NCBI GenBank assembly: GCA_016845585.1
Contig: JAERSO010000076.1
Span: 8,565-72,564 of the forward strand
Direction: 5' to 3'
Length of the DNA: 64,000 nucleotides
Origin: Acidimicrobiaceae bacterium
Lineage (GTDB): Bacteria > Actinomycetota > Acidimicrobiia > Acidimicrobiales > Aldehydirespiratoraceae
Positions 36,523-45,855 of the stretch are shown here, one piece after another (positions within the stretch are counted from its first letter, which is position 1; every line of letters begins with the position of its first letter). The notes under the pieces were generated by a model. That model was not told the origin of the DNA and did no database searches. It was given only the letters and a program-made list of their open reading frames with translations. Made by a program: the position numbers and the translations under genes.

Positions 36523-37704
36523 ATGAGCGAACGAGAAGTGGTGATCGTCGACGCCGTGCGTAGCCCCGTCGGGCGCCGCAACGGCGAACTGTCCACCGGT
36601 CATGCCATCAATGTCCTCGGCGACGTGCAAAAGGCGCTGTTCGACCGCACCGGAATGGACCCGGCCGAAGTCGGTCAGGTCGTCGGCGGTTGTGTCGACC
36701 AGGTCGGCATGCAGACCATGAACGTGGCTCGCAACGCATGGCTGGCCGCCGGCCTCCCGCTCGAGGTGGCAGCCACCACGGTCGATGCCCAGTGTGGCTC
36801 GTCACAACAAGCCACGAATCTCGCCTTCTCGCTCGTGAAGTCGGGCGTCGTCGATGCCGCCGTCGGGTGCGGCATCGAGCTGATGAGTCGGGTGCCGATG
36901 TTCGCCACCACCGCCAACAAAGACTTCGGTCGTCCAGTCAACAAGCGATACTGGGAGAACTACGAGTTCACGACCCAGTTCGAAGGTGCCGAGCGCATCG
37001 CCGAGCAATGGGACATCACCCGTGACGATGCCGATGCCTATGGGCTGCGCAGCCAGGAACTGGCCGCCAAGGCATGGTCCGAGGACGCCTTCGCCACCCA
37101 GATCGTGCCGATCACCGTTCCGGTCCTCGACGAGGACGGCAAGGAGACCGGCGAGACGATCACCGCCACCCGCGACGGCGGCCTCCGTGACACGACCGCC
37201 GAAGCCCTGGCCGGCCTCAAGCCGGTGGCTCGCGAGGACGGCGTCCACACCGCAGGCTCATCGAGTCAGATCTCCGATGGTGCCGGTGCCGTCCTCATGA
37301 TGACGGCCGACAAGGCCGCCGCACTCGGGCTGACGCCGTTGGCGAGGATCGTCGACGTGTGCCTCGTCGGCACCGACCCGGTGCTCATGCTCACCGGCCC
37401 GATGGATGCGACGAAGAAGCTACTCGCCGACAACGACCTGTCGATCGACGACATCGACGTCTTCGAGATCAATGAGGCCTTCGCCTCGGTCGTTCTCGCC
37501 TGGGAGAAGGAGGTCGGCGCTGATCGATCCAAGGTGAATCCCAACGGCGGGGCCATCGCACTCGGTCATCCTCTCGGGGGCACCGGTGCGATCCTCACCA
37601 CGAAGGCGGTACACGAACTGCACCGTGGCGACGGCGAATACGCCATCGTGTCGATGTGTTGTGGAGGCGGTCTCGGGACCGGAACGCTGATCCAGAAGCT
37701 CTGA
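36523..37704 (+). CDS. acetyl-CoA C-acyltransferase (thiolase)
   Basis: 393 aa from ATG 36523 (MSEREVVIVDAVRSPVGRR). Nucleophile Cys in VDAQCGSSQQA, plus NPNGGAIALGHPLG and CCGGGLG. Confidence 0.9.
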   Translation: MSEREVVIVDAVRSPVGRRNGELSTGHAINVLGDVQKALFDRTGMDPAEVGQVVGGCVDQVGMQTMNVARNAWLAAGLPLEVAATTVDAQCGSSQQATNLAFSLVKSGVVDAAVGCGIELMSRVPMFATTANKDFGRPVNKRYWENYEFTTQFEGAERIAEQWDITRDDADAYGLRSQELAAKAWSEDAFATQIVPITVPVLDEDGKETGETITATRDGGLRDTTAEALAGLKPVAREDGVHTAGSSSQISDGAGAVLMMTADKAAALGLTPLARIVDVCLVGTDPVLMLTGPMDATKKLLADNDLSIDDIDVFEINEAFASVVLAWEKEVGADRSKVNPNGGAIALGHPLGGTGAILTTKAVHELHRGDGEYAIVSMCCGGGLGTGTLIQKL

Positions 37705-37711
37705 ACCTGCG

Positions 37712-38974
37712 TCAGCCGGCCGTCAGGCCACCGATGGGGGCGAGTTCGATCCAGGTCTGACCCGGCGTGAGCGCCACCGGTACGCCATCCGCCGTGGTCC
37801 ATGTGGCGACACTGTGGATCGACGGCTTCGTCCAGGTGACCTCGATCATGTGGCCGCTGATGAACGCGTAGCCCTGACCGCTTCCGACGAACTGCTCCTC
37901 GTACACACGCGTGCCGGCCACGTCGACGCTGCCCGTCCAGACCTGCTCGACCTCGGCCACGAGCACGTTCGCCGCCAGCACGGGGTTGCCCGCGGCGTCG
38001 ACGTGTTCGGTGCCGCCCTGCGAACGTCGCCAGCCCCGGGCCGTACGGTCCCAGACCCATGAGCTCACGACCGACGGATACTCGACGTCAGCATGATCGA
38101 CCGGGATCGCCGAGTTCGGCAGGCCGACCTCGGCGTTCTGGAACTCGAAGTGCGCCGGTGGGGTGCCGCCGTCGCCGTTCGCATCCGCGATGCCCCAGAG
38201 CACCGCAGGATCGGCCATCAGGTCGTAGGTGCCGGGTCGATCGTCGGCCCGGTAGAACTCGGTTCGGGTGCCAGCACCCAGGTCGACGAAGTTCTGGCGA
38301 CGGATGATCGCTCCCTGAACCCGGTTGGCGCCCGACCAGACGAAGATCGGTTCGTTGAATGATCCGAGGATTCCGATGTCGCTCGACCGTCCGGACCGAA
38401 TCGGCCCGATCTCCGCGGGGGTGTTGGAGTGGAAGACCACGGCGAGACGGGTGAAGCCGCCCTCGATCTGCTCGACGAAAACCATGTCGGCGAGGGCCAG
38501 AGCCTCCTGGGGCCGACCCTTGTCGGTGTTGTCGATCTTGACGACCATCGCCGGCCGATCGGCGACGGCGGGATCGATGGGAAGGCCGGTGAGCGGGCTG
38601 ATCCCCGGCGCAGGAGAGTCGGGAGGCAGCGCCACCGGCGCGACGACCATGCGATCTGGGTCGATCTGGCCGAGGATGCCGCGGTACGCGGGCTCACCCG
38701 AGATCACGGTCGTCGAGCCGAGACCGGAGACCGGTTCGACCGCGACGGTCGGTGCGGGACCACGGGTGGTCGGCGGGCCGGCCGGCAGCTCCGGTGCGAC
38801 CGAGGTGGCCGTTTCGGTCCCACCATCGTCCGTTGACTCGGCTTCGGAATCGGCTTCGGAATCGGCTTCGTCGTCGGCGAAGTCGTCGATTTCAATCGCC
38901 TCGTCATCGCCGCCACCACAGGCGGTGGCGAACAACGAGAGCACGGCGAGGAGGACCACAAAACGGCGTGTCAT
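37712..38974 (-). CDS. DUF3048-type lipoprotein
   Basis: MTRRFVVLLAVLSLFATAC (lipobox), an acidic linker (DDFADDEADSEADSEAE), then RPAMVVKIDNTDKGRPQ...EGGFTRLAVVFHS, typical of DUF3048/YerB-like proteins. Confidence 0.75.
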   Translation of the reverse strand: MTRRFVVLLAVLSLFATACGGGDDEAIEIDDFADDEADSEADSEAESTDDGGTETATSVAPELPAGPPTTRGPAPTVAVEPVSGLGSTTVISGEPAYRGILGQIDPDRMVVAPVALPPDSPAPGISPLTGLPIDPAVADRPAMVVKIDNTDKGRPQEALALADMVFVEQIEGGFTRLAVVFHSNTPAEIGPIRSGRSSDIGILGSFNEPIFVWSGANRVQGAIIRRQNFVDLGAGTRTEFYRADDRPGTYDLMADPAVLWGIADANGDGGTPPAHFEFQNAEVGLPNSAIPVDHADVEYPSVVSSWVWDRTARGWRRSQGGTEHVDAAGNPVLAANVLVAEVEQVWTGSVDVAGTRVYEEQFVGSGQGYAFISGHMIEVTWTKPSIHSVATWTTADGVPVALTPGQTWIELAPIGGLTAG

Positions 38975-39122
38975 ACGGCTGGCAATGTTACGACCTGATT
39001 ACGAGAATCCGACCGCAGAGACCGAGAACCTGACCCAATCGACCACCCCGACTCGACGCGACGGACACGACGAAGACGACCCTGCGGGGTCAACAACGTC
39101 CCAAGGCACAACAGGAAACGGT

Positions 39123-39461
39123 TCAGCCCCTGGCGATTTCGGCGAGCAGTACGGCCGTCGTCGCCAGTGCGCGGTCGACCTCCGCCAATCCTGCCTCGGT
39201 CGGCTCGGGGTCGAAGACGAGCCCCCACGACACATGACAGGTGGGGCCGTCGTCACGGATCACGAAAGTGCCCTGGAAGAACCCGAGATCGGGGTGCGAG
39301 GCCGCATCCTCGGCACACAGCCGCCACGGGAGCTCGACCGCAAGCAGCGTCGCCCCCGACGCTTCCACCGCATCGAGGATCCGGGGCCACACGGCCGCGC
39401 GAGGCTGCGTGACGTGTTGTTCGACCGATCGCGATTGATGTTTCTTGCGTGGTGCGGGCAC
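39123..39461 (-). CDS. hypothetical protein
   Basis: 112-aa ORF filling the gap downstream of cysQ on the same strand, with a plausible GC3 bias. No family recognised. Confidence 0.4.
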   Translation of the reverse strand: MPAPRKKHQSRSVEQHVTQPRAAVWPRILDAVEASGATLLAVELPWRLCAEDAASHPDLGFFQGTFVIRDDGPTCHVSWGLVFDPEPTEAGLAEVDRALATTAVLLAEIARG

Positions 39462-39465
39462 GACG

Positions 39466-40209
39466 TCAGGACATCACGTTGACGATGTCGTCCACCAACT
39501 CGGGCCGCGCGATCACGAGACCCGGAGACCACGGGTCGGACTTGTTGAACTCCAGATCGGCGCCATCGGTTCGGCAACAGACCAGACCCGCGGCTCGGGC
39601 TACTGCCACCGGCGCACACGAGTCCCACTCGTAGAGCCCACCACCGTGCACATAGGCATCGACATCGCCGCGCACCACTGCCATGGCCTTCACCCCAGCT
39701 GACCCGACTGCCATGACCTCCGCGTTCAGCGCCTGCTGGAGCAGACGACCGTCGTAGTGACTCCGTGAGCGCGACACCACGATCCGAGGTCGGCTGCCGA
39801 TGCTCGACATGATGGGAGTCGGCTTCGGTTCAGTCGCCCAGGTCGTCTCCCAGCCCGGTACGGCAACCGCCCCGGCCGTCGGCACGCCATCGACCACGAG
39901 CGCGATGTGAACCGCCCAGTGCGGCGAGTACCCGAAATCGCTCGACCCATCGAGGGGATCGACGATCCAGACCCGGGACTCGTTCACCCGAGAGCGATCG
40001 TCACGGCCCTCTTCTGAAAGCACCGCGTCGTCGGGCCGAGCAGCGCGGAGACAGTCGACGATGTGGTGGTGGGCCATGGCGTCGCCCTCGTACTCGAGGC
40101 CACCCCAGCCTCGCTGGTGCGATGGCGTGTTGTGGAGGAGATCGACGAGCTTTTGACCGGTCGACTGCGCGATCTCGGCCGCCAGCTGGTGATCGTCGAG
40201 ATCAGTCAC
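39466..40209 (-). CDS. cysQ: inositol monophosphatase family; 3'(2'),5'-bisphosphate nucleotidase CysQ-like
   Basis: 247 aa with metal motifs LSEEG, WIVDPLDGSSDF and a C-terminal WDSCAPVAVA (WD..A). Confidence 0.75.
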   Translation of the reverse strand: MTDLDDHQLAAEIAQSTGQKLVDLLHNTPSHQRGWGGLEYEGDAMAHHHIVDCLRAARPDDAVLSEEGRDDRSRVNESRVWIVDPLDGSSDFGYSPHWAVHIALVVDGVPTAGAVAVPGWETTWATEPKPTPIMSSIGSRPRIVVSRSRSHYDGRLLQQALNAEVMAVGSAGVKAMAVVRGDVDAYVHGGGLYEWDSCAPVAVARAAGLVCCRTDGADLEFNKSDPWSPGLVIARPELVDDIVNVMS

Positions 40210-40335
40210 GTCGGAAGCGGTTGGACTCCACCATCTGGCACACCGCCTGCCAGCAAGGTCTCGGTGCGAAGACCCACGGTCTCATACCGGAGGCGCCTCC
40301 GGTGACGACCGCCGTGCGGCCGGTGAATTCCTGCA

Positions 40336-40932
40336 TCAACCGAGTGTGTCAGGTTGCCGCTCGTGCAGCGAGACGGCGTAGTCGCCGCGTGCATACGGCG
40401 CGCGGTCCCACGTCGACCATCGATCGGCGAGCGAGAGCCCAGACGCTGCGGCAAGCATGTCGTACTCGGCGAGCGACAGCGTCTCGTCACCGAGCTCGAA
40501 CCCGGAGACGAGGAGGCCGCCGGGCCGGAGATGACGAGCGAGATTGCTGAGTACCCGACCCTCGGTGCCGGGGGCGACGAAGATCATCACATTGCCGGGC
40601 AAGGCGATGAGATCGAACTCGACCCCGAGATCGACATCGACGAGATCGCCCAGGACCCAGCGCACCGCGGGGTCCTTCTCGCGAGCGGTGTCGAGCATGC
40701 CGGGGTCGAGGTCGGCACCCACGACCGCGAACCCGCGACGGTCCAGTTCGATCGCCACACGGCCCGTCCCGCAGCCGGCATCGAGCACTGAGGCACCAGG
40801 CTGGTCGACGAGCAGCGACGAGATGAGGTCTGCCTCGCCATGGATCGACTGGCCGGCTTGCGCCAGCGCGTTCCAACGGGCGTCGTAGTCGTCGCCGCGT
40901 TGGACGTCATTTCGTTCGTTCCAGCGGCTCAT
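40336..40932 (-). CDS. class I SAM-dependent methyltransferase
   Basis: Motif I VLDAGCGTGRVAIEL, an acidic loop VVGADLD, and LRPGGLLV. ATG 40932 overlaps the upstream stop (ATGA). Confidence 0.8.
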   Translation of the reverse strand: MSRWNERNDVQRGDDYDARWNALAQAGQSIHGEADLISSLLVDQPGASVLDAGCGTGRVAIELDRRGFAVVGADLDPGMLDTAREKDPAVRWVLGDLVDVDLGVEFDLIALPGNVMIFVAPGTEGRVLSNLARHLRPGGLLVSGFELGDETLSLAEYDMLAAASGLSLADRWSTWDRAPYARGDYAVSLHERQPDTLG

Positions 40933-41564
40933 TCGCCGATCTCCTTCAACCCATCGAGGTCGACGATGGTGACCCGACCTCGTCCGGTCAGCACACATCC
41001 CGATTCGCGCAGCGTACGCAGGGAACGGGCGGTGGCCTCCCGAGTGGCTCCGATCCAGCCGGCGAGGTCCTCCTGCGTCAGGTCGAGTTGGATCTGCGTC
41101 GCCGTCGGATGATGGTGCCGGTGCCGCTCGCTGAGTTCGACGAGTCGATGCACCAGCCGCGCCGTGGTGTCGTAGCTGTTTCGCAGGGTGGTCCGAACAA
41201 CGGCAGCACGAAGTTGGCGACTGAAGGCCTGGAGCATCGCGATGCTCAGGTTCGGATCAGTGGACACGATCTCGAGGAACGTGCCTGCGTCGACGCGAGC
41301 GAGTTCGACATCGGTGAGCGCAGTGGCCGTTCCCGATCGCGGCCCGCCGTCGATGGCTCCGAACTCGCCGAAGATCTCGCCGGCCTCCTTCACCGCGATG
41401 ACGAGTCGGCCCCCGGTCGGCGTGGAGACGTCGATCCGGATCCTGCCCGAGACAACGGCGTACACGCTCGTCGATTGCTCTCCTTCACTGAACAGCATCG
41501 ACCCCTCGGGGCGGATGAGGTGAGCGCCCACTTCCACGATGCGAACGTGGGCACTGTTGACCAT
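40929..41564 (-). CDS. Crp/Fnr family transcriptional regulator
   Basis: cNMP-binding barrel (LFSEGEQSTSVYAVVSGRIRI...GEIFGEFGAIDGGPRSGTATAL) plus a C-terminal HTH (TQEDLAGWIGATREATARSLRTLRESG). ATG 41564 overlaps the upstream stop (TGATG). Confidence 0.75.
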   Translation of the reverse strand: MVNSAHVRIVEVGAHLIRPEGSMLFSEGEQSTSVYAVVSGRIRIDVSTPTGGRLVIAVKEAGEIFGEFGAIDGGPRSGTATALTDVELARVDAGTFLEIVSTDPNLSIAMLQAFSRQLRAAVVRTTLRNSYDTTARLVHRLVELSERHRHHHPTATQIQLDLTQEDLAGWIGATREATARSLRTLRESGCVLTGRGRVTIVDLDGLKEIGE

Positions 41565-42202
41565 CAGCGCGTGCGGATGCGATACACGCACCGATCGTCG
41601 CCGGAGAGCAGGTGTTGGGTCCGTTCGACCTCGGCACCGGGCCCCACGACGGAGCGAAAGAGTTCGAGTTCGTTCGCGCACAGACCCTGGCAGGTCGTGG
41701 CGGCGGCACAAACCGGGCAATGGTGCTCGACGAGCAGGACCGCGTCGCCGTCGTCGACCACCTCGGCCATGTAGCCCTGCCGAGTTCGGGCCGCGGCGAG
41801 AACGTCGACACGGGTTGCCGTGTCGGCGCCGTCCGGTATCTCGGCCTCTACCGCGGCGAGCTGGGTTCGGTCGCGCTCCAGGAGGACTTGTTCGAGTGCG
41901 TCGTCACCGAGTGCCGCTTTCATCGCGTCGAGAAGTTCGACCGTGAGGTCGCGATGCCGATCCGGGAAGAGGTCGATGGCGATCGGCGTGAGCGCCCATC
42001 CCAACGGTGGGCGACCCCGAAGACCGGTGGAGACCGGTTCGGCGGCCACGAGACCCTTGGCCTCGAGTTCGGCCAGCGGCGGGCGTACGGCCTGGGTGGT
42101 GACGTCGAGCGCGTCGGCCAGGTCGCCTGTCGTGCATGCACCGACCCGCTTCAGGTGATCGACGATGCGACGTTGTGCGGGGCCGAGCGGCGAGTCCGTC
42201 AT
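41564..42202 (-). CDS. ArsR-type wHTH regulator with C-terminal Cys cluster (SufR/COG2345-like)
   Basis: N-terminal RRIVDHLKRVGACTTGDLADALDVTTQAVRPPLAELEAKGLV. The C-terminus HHCPVCAAATTCQGLCANE...DDRCVY carries 5 Cys. Confidence 0.7.
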   Translation of the reverse strand: MTDSPLGPAQRRIVDHLKRVGACTTGDLADALDVTTQAVRPPLAELEAKGLVAAEPVSTGLRGRPPLGWALTPIAIDLFPDRHRDLTVELLDAMKAALGDDALEQVLLERDRTQLAAVEAEIPDGADTATRVDVLAAARTRQGYMAEVVDDGDAVLLVEHHCPVCAAATTCQGLCANELELFRSVVGPGAEVERTQHLLSGDDRCVYRIRTR

Positions 42203-42307
42203 GAACCCAGAGTAGCAAGATTTCCCAAGAAAGTCCTTGCTCTATTTGGATGATCATGGCTAAATAACACAAGAGTCACATAGTGAAATAACGACAAGGA
42301 GTCCACC
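42203..42307. promoter_or_regulatory. AT-rich divergent promoter/operator region
   Basis: Markedly AT-rich. Inverted repeat AGCAAG-16 nt-CTTGCT at 42214-42241, duplicated AAATAAC, TTGCTC-17-CTAAAT, and AAGGAG 7 nt before ATG 42308. Confidence 0.4.
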
Positions 42308-42697
42308 ATGAACGTCGAGCACGTCAACGTCACCGTCGCCGACTGTCGAGCAACTGCCGAACTCCTGATGACCATCTTCGATTGGCACATCCGTTGGGAG
42401 GGCGACTCCCTACTCGGCGGCCGGACCGTCCATGTCGGCACCGACGACACCTACGTCGCGCTCTACACGCCGCCAGGCACGCCGGAGGCCGCAGCGAACA
42501 CCGACCGCCTGAACGGCCTCCAACACATCGGCGTGCTGGTCGAGGACCTCGATGCAGTCGAGGAACGGGTTCGCGCCGCCGGCATCGAGCCGTACAGCCA
42601 GATGACCTACGACCCGGGGAGTCGCTTCTACTTCAATGACCGCGACGGCGTGGAGTACGAGGTCGTCAGCTACACGTGGGACGGCGTCTACGTCTAG
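42308..42697 (+). CDS. VOC (glyoxalase/bleomycin-resistance/dioxygenase) family protein
   Basis: 129 aa with HVNVTV...LQHIGVLVEDLD...FYFNDRDGVEYEVVSY, a paired beta-alpha-beta-beta-beta pattern with His/Glu ligands. Confidence 0.8.
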   Translation: MNVEHVNVTVADCRATAELLMTIFDWHIRWEGDSLLGGRTVHVGTDDTYVALYTPPGTPEAAANTDRLNGLQHIGVLVEDLDAVEERVRAAGIEPYSQMTYDPGSRFYFNDRDGVEYEVVSYTWDGVYV

Positions 42698-42700
42698 GCA

Positions 42701-43708
42701 CTAGCCCTTCACGAGCTCGGCGATCTGACGGAGCTCTGGGATCGACCGGGGCCGCACGTTGAGCATCGTGACCGCGCTCTCCTCCCAAGCCTGCAGACGG
42801 TCCTTGATCCGATCGATCGAGCCGACCAGCGAAAGCTCATCGGCGAACTCGATCGGCACCGCGGCGACCGCTTCATCGCGCCGGCCGTCGAGAAACAGGT
42901 CCTGGATTCGGTTGGCCTCGGCCTCGAACCCCATCCTCGACATCAGCGCCGTGTGGTAGTTCTGGCCCTTCGCTCCCATCCCCCCGATGTAGAGCGCCAG
43001 ATTCGCCCGAACCTTCTCCAGCGCGGCCGGCACGTCGTCGGTGACCTGGATGCTCACGTTCACCGAGATCTCGAAACCGGGCGGCCGGTCCTTGATCTGA
43101 TCGTGATACACCTCGGCACGCCAGGGCGAGTAGTAGAGCGGAAACCAACCGTCGGCGATCTCGACCGTCTGGGCGACATTCTTCGGACCCTCCGCACCGA
43201 TCCAGATCGGAATCTCGCGCCTCGGGTGGGTCATGATCTTCAGCGGCTTCCCGAGCCCCTCGGCCCCGTCGCCCCGGAATGGCAACTGGTAGTGATCACC
43301 CTCGAACTCCAGCGGGCCCTCGCGACGAAACGCCCGGCGCAGGATCTCGACGTACTCGCGGGTCCTCGCCAGCGGTTTGCGCGACGGCATGCCGTACCAA
43401 CCTTCGACGACCTGGGGGCCGGAGACCCCGAGTCCGAGGATCAGGCGGCCATTCGAGATCTCATCGAGGGTCACCGCGTGCATCGCGGTCGCCGCCGGCG
43501 TTCGCGCCGAGAGCTGCACGACCCCCGTGCCGAGCTTGATGCGCTCGGTGTGTGCCGCGAGAAGCGCCAGAGGGGTGAACGCATCGCTGCCCCAGGACTC
43601 GGCGGAGAACACTGCGTCGAACCCCGCGTCCTCCGCTGCCTTCGTGATCTCCACGAAGTCCTTCGGCATCGACCGACCCCAATAGCCCCAGATCAACCCA
43701 AGCTGCAT
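42701..43708 (-). CDS. LLM-class F420-dependent oxidoreductase
   Basis: 335 aa from ATG 43708 (MQLGLIWGYWG...). Has ESWGSDAFTPLA, GRLILGLGVSGPQVVEGWYG and SLVGSIDRIKDRL. The track's 437-aa version carries an implausible antisense-derived extension. Confidence 0.8.
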   Translation of the reverse strand: MQLGLIWGYWGRSMPKDFVEITKAAEDAGFDAVFSAESWGSDAFTPLALLAAHTERIKLGTGVVQLSARTPAATAMHAVTLDEISNGRLILGLGVSGPQVVEGWYGMPSRKPLARTREYVEILRRAFRREGPLEFEGDHYQLPFRGDGAEGLGKPLKIMTHPRREIPIWIGAEGPKNVAQTVEIADGWFPLYYSPWRAEVYHDQIKDRPPGFEISVNVSIQVTDDVPAALEKVRANLALYIGGMGAKGQNYHTALMSRMGFEAEANRIQDLFLDGRRDEAVAAVPIEFADELSLVGSIDRIKDRLQAWEESAVTMLNVRPRSIPELRQIAELVKG

Positions 43709-43777
43709 GAGCGCGAAGGTAGCGGCATCCGCGCCTCGATTCTGCGGGGGCCGACCGGGCCATCTACGGTCGACTCC

Positions 43778-44560
43778 ATGACCGAGCGCCTCAGCCAGCT
43801 CAGCCGATCCGTCGCCGACCGTGTGGTGTTCATCACCGGCGCCGCCTCCGGGATGGGCCGCGCCGAAGCACGACTCTTCGCCGACGAGGGGGCCAAGGTC
43901 GCGGTGACCGACCTCGGTGCCGATCGGGTCGAGGCCGTCGTCGACGAGATCCGGGCGGCCGGCGGCACGGCGTCTGGCTGGGTGCTCGATGTCACCGACC
44001 ACGCCCGAATCCATGCCGTACTCGACGAGGTCCGCGCCGAACTCGGCCCGGTCGACATCATCGTCAACAACGCTGGTGCGTCGTTCGGGTCAGCACCCGA
44101 CGATCCCGACTTCGACGATGTCTGGCACGCGGCGTTCGACGTCTTGTTGACACCCCACCAGCGAATCGTCCGTGCGTGTCTCGGCGATCTCCGAGCAAGC
44201 GACTGCGCCCGCGTCATCAACGTCGCCTCCACCGAGGGGATCTCGGCGCAGCGCGGCGCCACGCCGTACACCGCGGCGAAGCACGGCGTCGTGGGCCTCA
44301 CCCGGTCGCTGGCCGTGATGCTCGGCGTGGACGGGATCACCGTCAACGCGATCTGCCCAGGCCCGATCCACACCGGCATCACCGAGCGGATCCCCGACGA
44401 CATGAAGAACACCTACGCCAAGCGCCGAACCGCGCTGCGCCGCTACGGCGACCCGGAGGAGGTCGCTCACATCGTGCTGAGCCTCGCACTCCCGGCGGCG
44501 AGCTACATCACCGGGGCGATCATCCCGGTCGATGGCGGGCTGACCTGCAAAAACGACTGA
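43778..44560 (+). CDS. SDR family oxidoreductase
   Basis: 260 aa from ATG 43778 with TGAASGMGRA, NNAGAS and YTAAKHGVVG. Confidence 0.85.
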   Translation: MTERLSQLSRSVADRVVFITGAASGMGRAEARLFADEGAKVAVTDLGADRVEAVVDEIRAAGGTASGWVLDVTDHARIHAVLDEVRAELGPVDIIVNNAGASFGSAPDDPDFDDVWHAAFDVLLTPHQRIVRACLGDLRASDCARVINVASTEGISAQRGATPYTAAKHGVVGLTRSLAVMLGVDGITVNAICPGPIHTGITERIPDDMKNTYAKRRTALRRYGDPEEVAHIVLSLALPAASYITGAIIPVDGGLTCKND

Positions 44561-44605
44561 CCGACGGGTACCCTCTCGCGTTGTTCTTTACGATTCTGTG
44601 ACGAC

Positions 44606-45802
44606 ATGCGCCGTTCCCTGTTGACCCGTCCCCGCCGCCGAGCGGTCGCCACCATCGCCTTGCTGGGCGCTCTGGCGTCGATCAGTGCGCTCGCCTCGGC
44701 CCAGACCCCGACAGAACTCCGCGAGGAGCGCAAGCAGGTTCAACAGGACGCCGCGGATGTGGCGGCCGAGGTCGACGCGATCACCGAGGATGCCGAGTCA
44801 CTCGCCGCAGCCATCGAGGCGCTCCAGGCGGGCGTCGACGCACAGCAGGCCGCCGTGGAGTCCGCCCAGCGAGCGGTGGCCGATGCCGAACGAATCCAGG
44901 CTGAGGCCGAGCAGGCCATCCTCGACCTCGAATCCGAACAGGTCGCGGCTCGCGAGCTCCTGCGCCAGGCGGCAGTCGATTCCTACGTCTCGTACCAGGG
45001 CACCGGCGACCTCGAGGCATTCGGCGAGAACCCGTGGGAAGCCACCCGCGAGGAAACGCTCGTGGAGTACGGCACCGGCACGGGCCTCGAAGAACTCGAC
45101 CGCCTCCGGGCGATCGATGCCGAGCTCGAGCAGCAGCGGATCATCGCCGCCGAAGCCTCCGTGGAGGCCGAGGCACGTCGCGCCGAAGTCGAGATCCGCT
45201 TCAACGAACTCGATGCCGCCCTCCAGCGCCAGGAGGAGATCCTCCTCGAGATCGAACTCCGGCTGGAGAGTCGCCTCGGCGAGGTCGCCGCGTTGGAGGC
45301 ACTCGACGCCCAGCTCGCCCAGGAGATCCGCGAGGGGGAACAGAAGATCGCGGACGCCATCGCCTCCCGACCCGGCTCGGGCGGTAGCGTCACGCTTCCC
45401 CCCGACTCCGACATCGAGGTCACAACCGTCCGCGGCATCGTGGTCAATGTGCTCGTCGCCGACCAGGTCGAGGGCCTCCTCGCGGCAATGGCAGCGGAGG
45501 GTTACACCCTCGGTGGCGGCGGCTACCGCAGCATCGAGAGTCAGATCCGATTGCGGCGGGCCAACTGCGGCACATCGGAGTACGCCATCTGGGAGATGCC
45601 CGCTAGCCAGTGCCGGCCGCCCACGGCTCGCCCCGGTCTGTCCCAGCACGAGTTGGGGTTGGCGATCGACTTCACCTACAACGGTCGTGTCCTGCGCACC
45701 CGCGACAGCGATGTCTTCCGGGCACTGGCCCGGATTGCCCCGACCTTCGGCTTCTACAACCTGCCGAGCGAACCCTGGCACTGGTCCACCACGGGAGGGT
45801 GA
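44606..45802 (+). CDS. secreted coiled-coil protein with C-terminal M15B/VanY-type D,D-peptidase domain
   Basis: Signal peptide ...ALASISALASAQ, about 230 aa of heptad-like E/A/Q/R-rich sequence, then SQHELGLAIDF (SxHxxGxAxD) and EPWHW. Confidence 0.75.
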   Translation: MRRSLLTRPRRRAVATIALLGALASISALASAQTPTELREERKQVQQDAADVAAEVDAITEDAESLAAAIEALQAGVDAQQAAVESAQRAVADAERIQAEAEQAILDLESEQVAARELLRQAAVDSYVSYQGTGDLEAFGENPWEATREETLVEYGTGTGLEELDRLRAIDAELEQQRIIAAEASVEAEARRAEVEIRFNELDAALQRQEEILLEIELRLESRLGEVAALEALDAQLAQEIREGEQKIADAIASRPGSGGSVTLPPDSDIEVTTVRGIVVNVLVADQVEGLLAAMAAEGYTLGGGGYRSIESQIRLRRANCGTSEYAIWEMPASQCRPPTARPGLSQHELGLAIDFTYNGRVLRTRDSDVFRALARIAPTFGFYNLPSEPWHWSTTGG

Positions 45803-45855
45803 CTTCGCTCCCCAAGAACTGAACTGCCGCCCGCACTGATCTGGAGACAGCGAAC

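Noticed and set aside
38975-39122. Possible riboswitch (for example c-di-AMP ydaO-type) in the 148-nt leader of the DUF3048 lipoprotein gene
   Set aside because: Only a short GACCC-tgc-GGGTC hairpin is present, probably the end of the upstream gene's transcript, together with CGAC-rich repeats. None of the conserved ydaO core segments could be recognised.
40287-40302. Palindrome CCGGAGGCGCCTCCGG between the methyltransferase and cysQ as a terminator or repeat-family member
   Set aside because: As RNA it leaves essentially no loop and there is no T-tract. It shares only the CCGGAGG/CCTCCGG core with the 30205-30238 terminator, which is too short to call a repeat family.
42701-44560. Track ORFs 42701..44014 (437 aa) and 42953..44560 (535 aa) taken at face value as long overlapping genes
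   Set aside because: Each consists of a real domain (LLM oxidoreductase from ATG 43708; SDR from ATG 43778) plus an N-terminal extension that is merely the antisense of the other gene. I trimmed both to the internal starts where the family-typical N-termini begin. The same trimming was applied at 49092..50129, 49113..50591, 51596..53314, 36031..36630, 36361..37704, 40336..40998 and 40929..41720.
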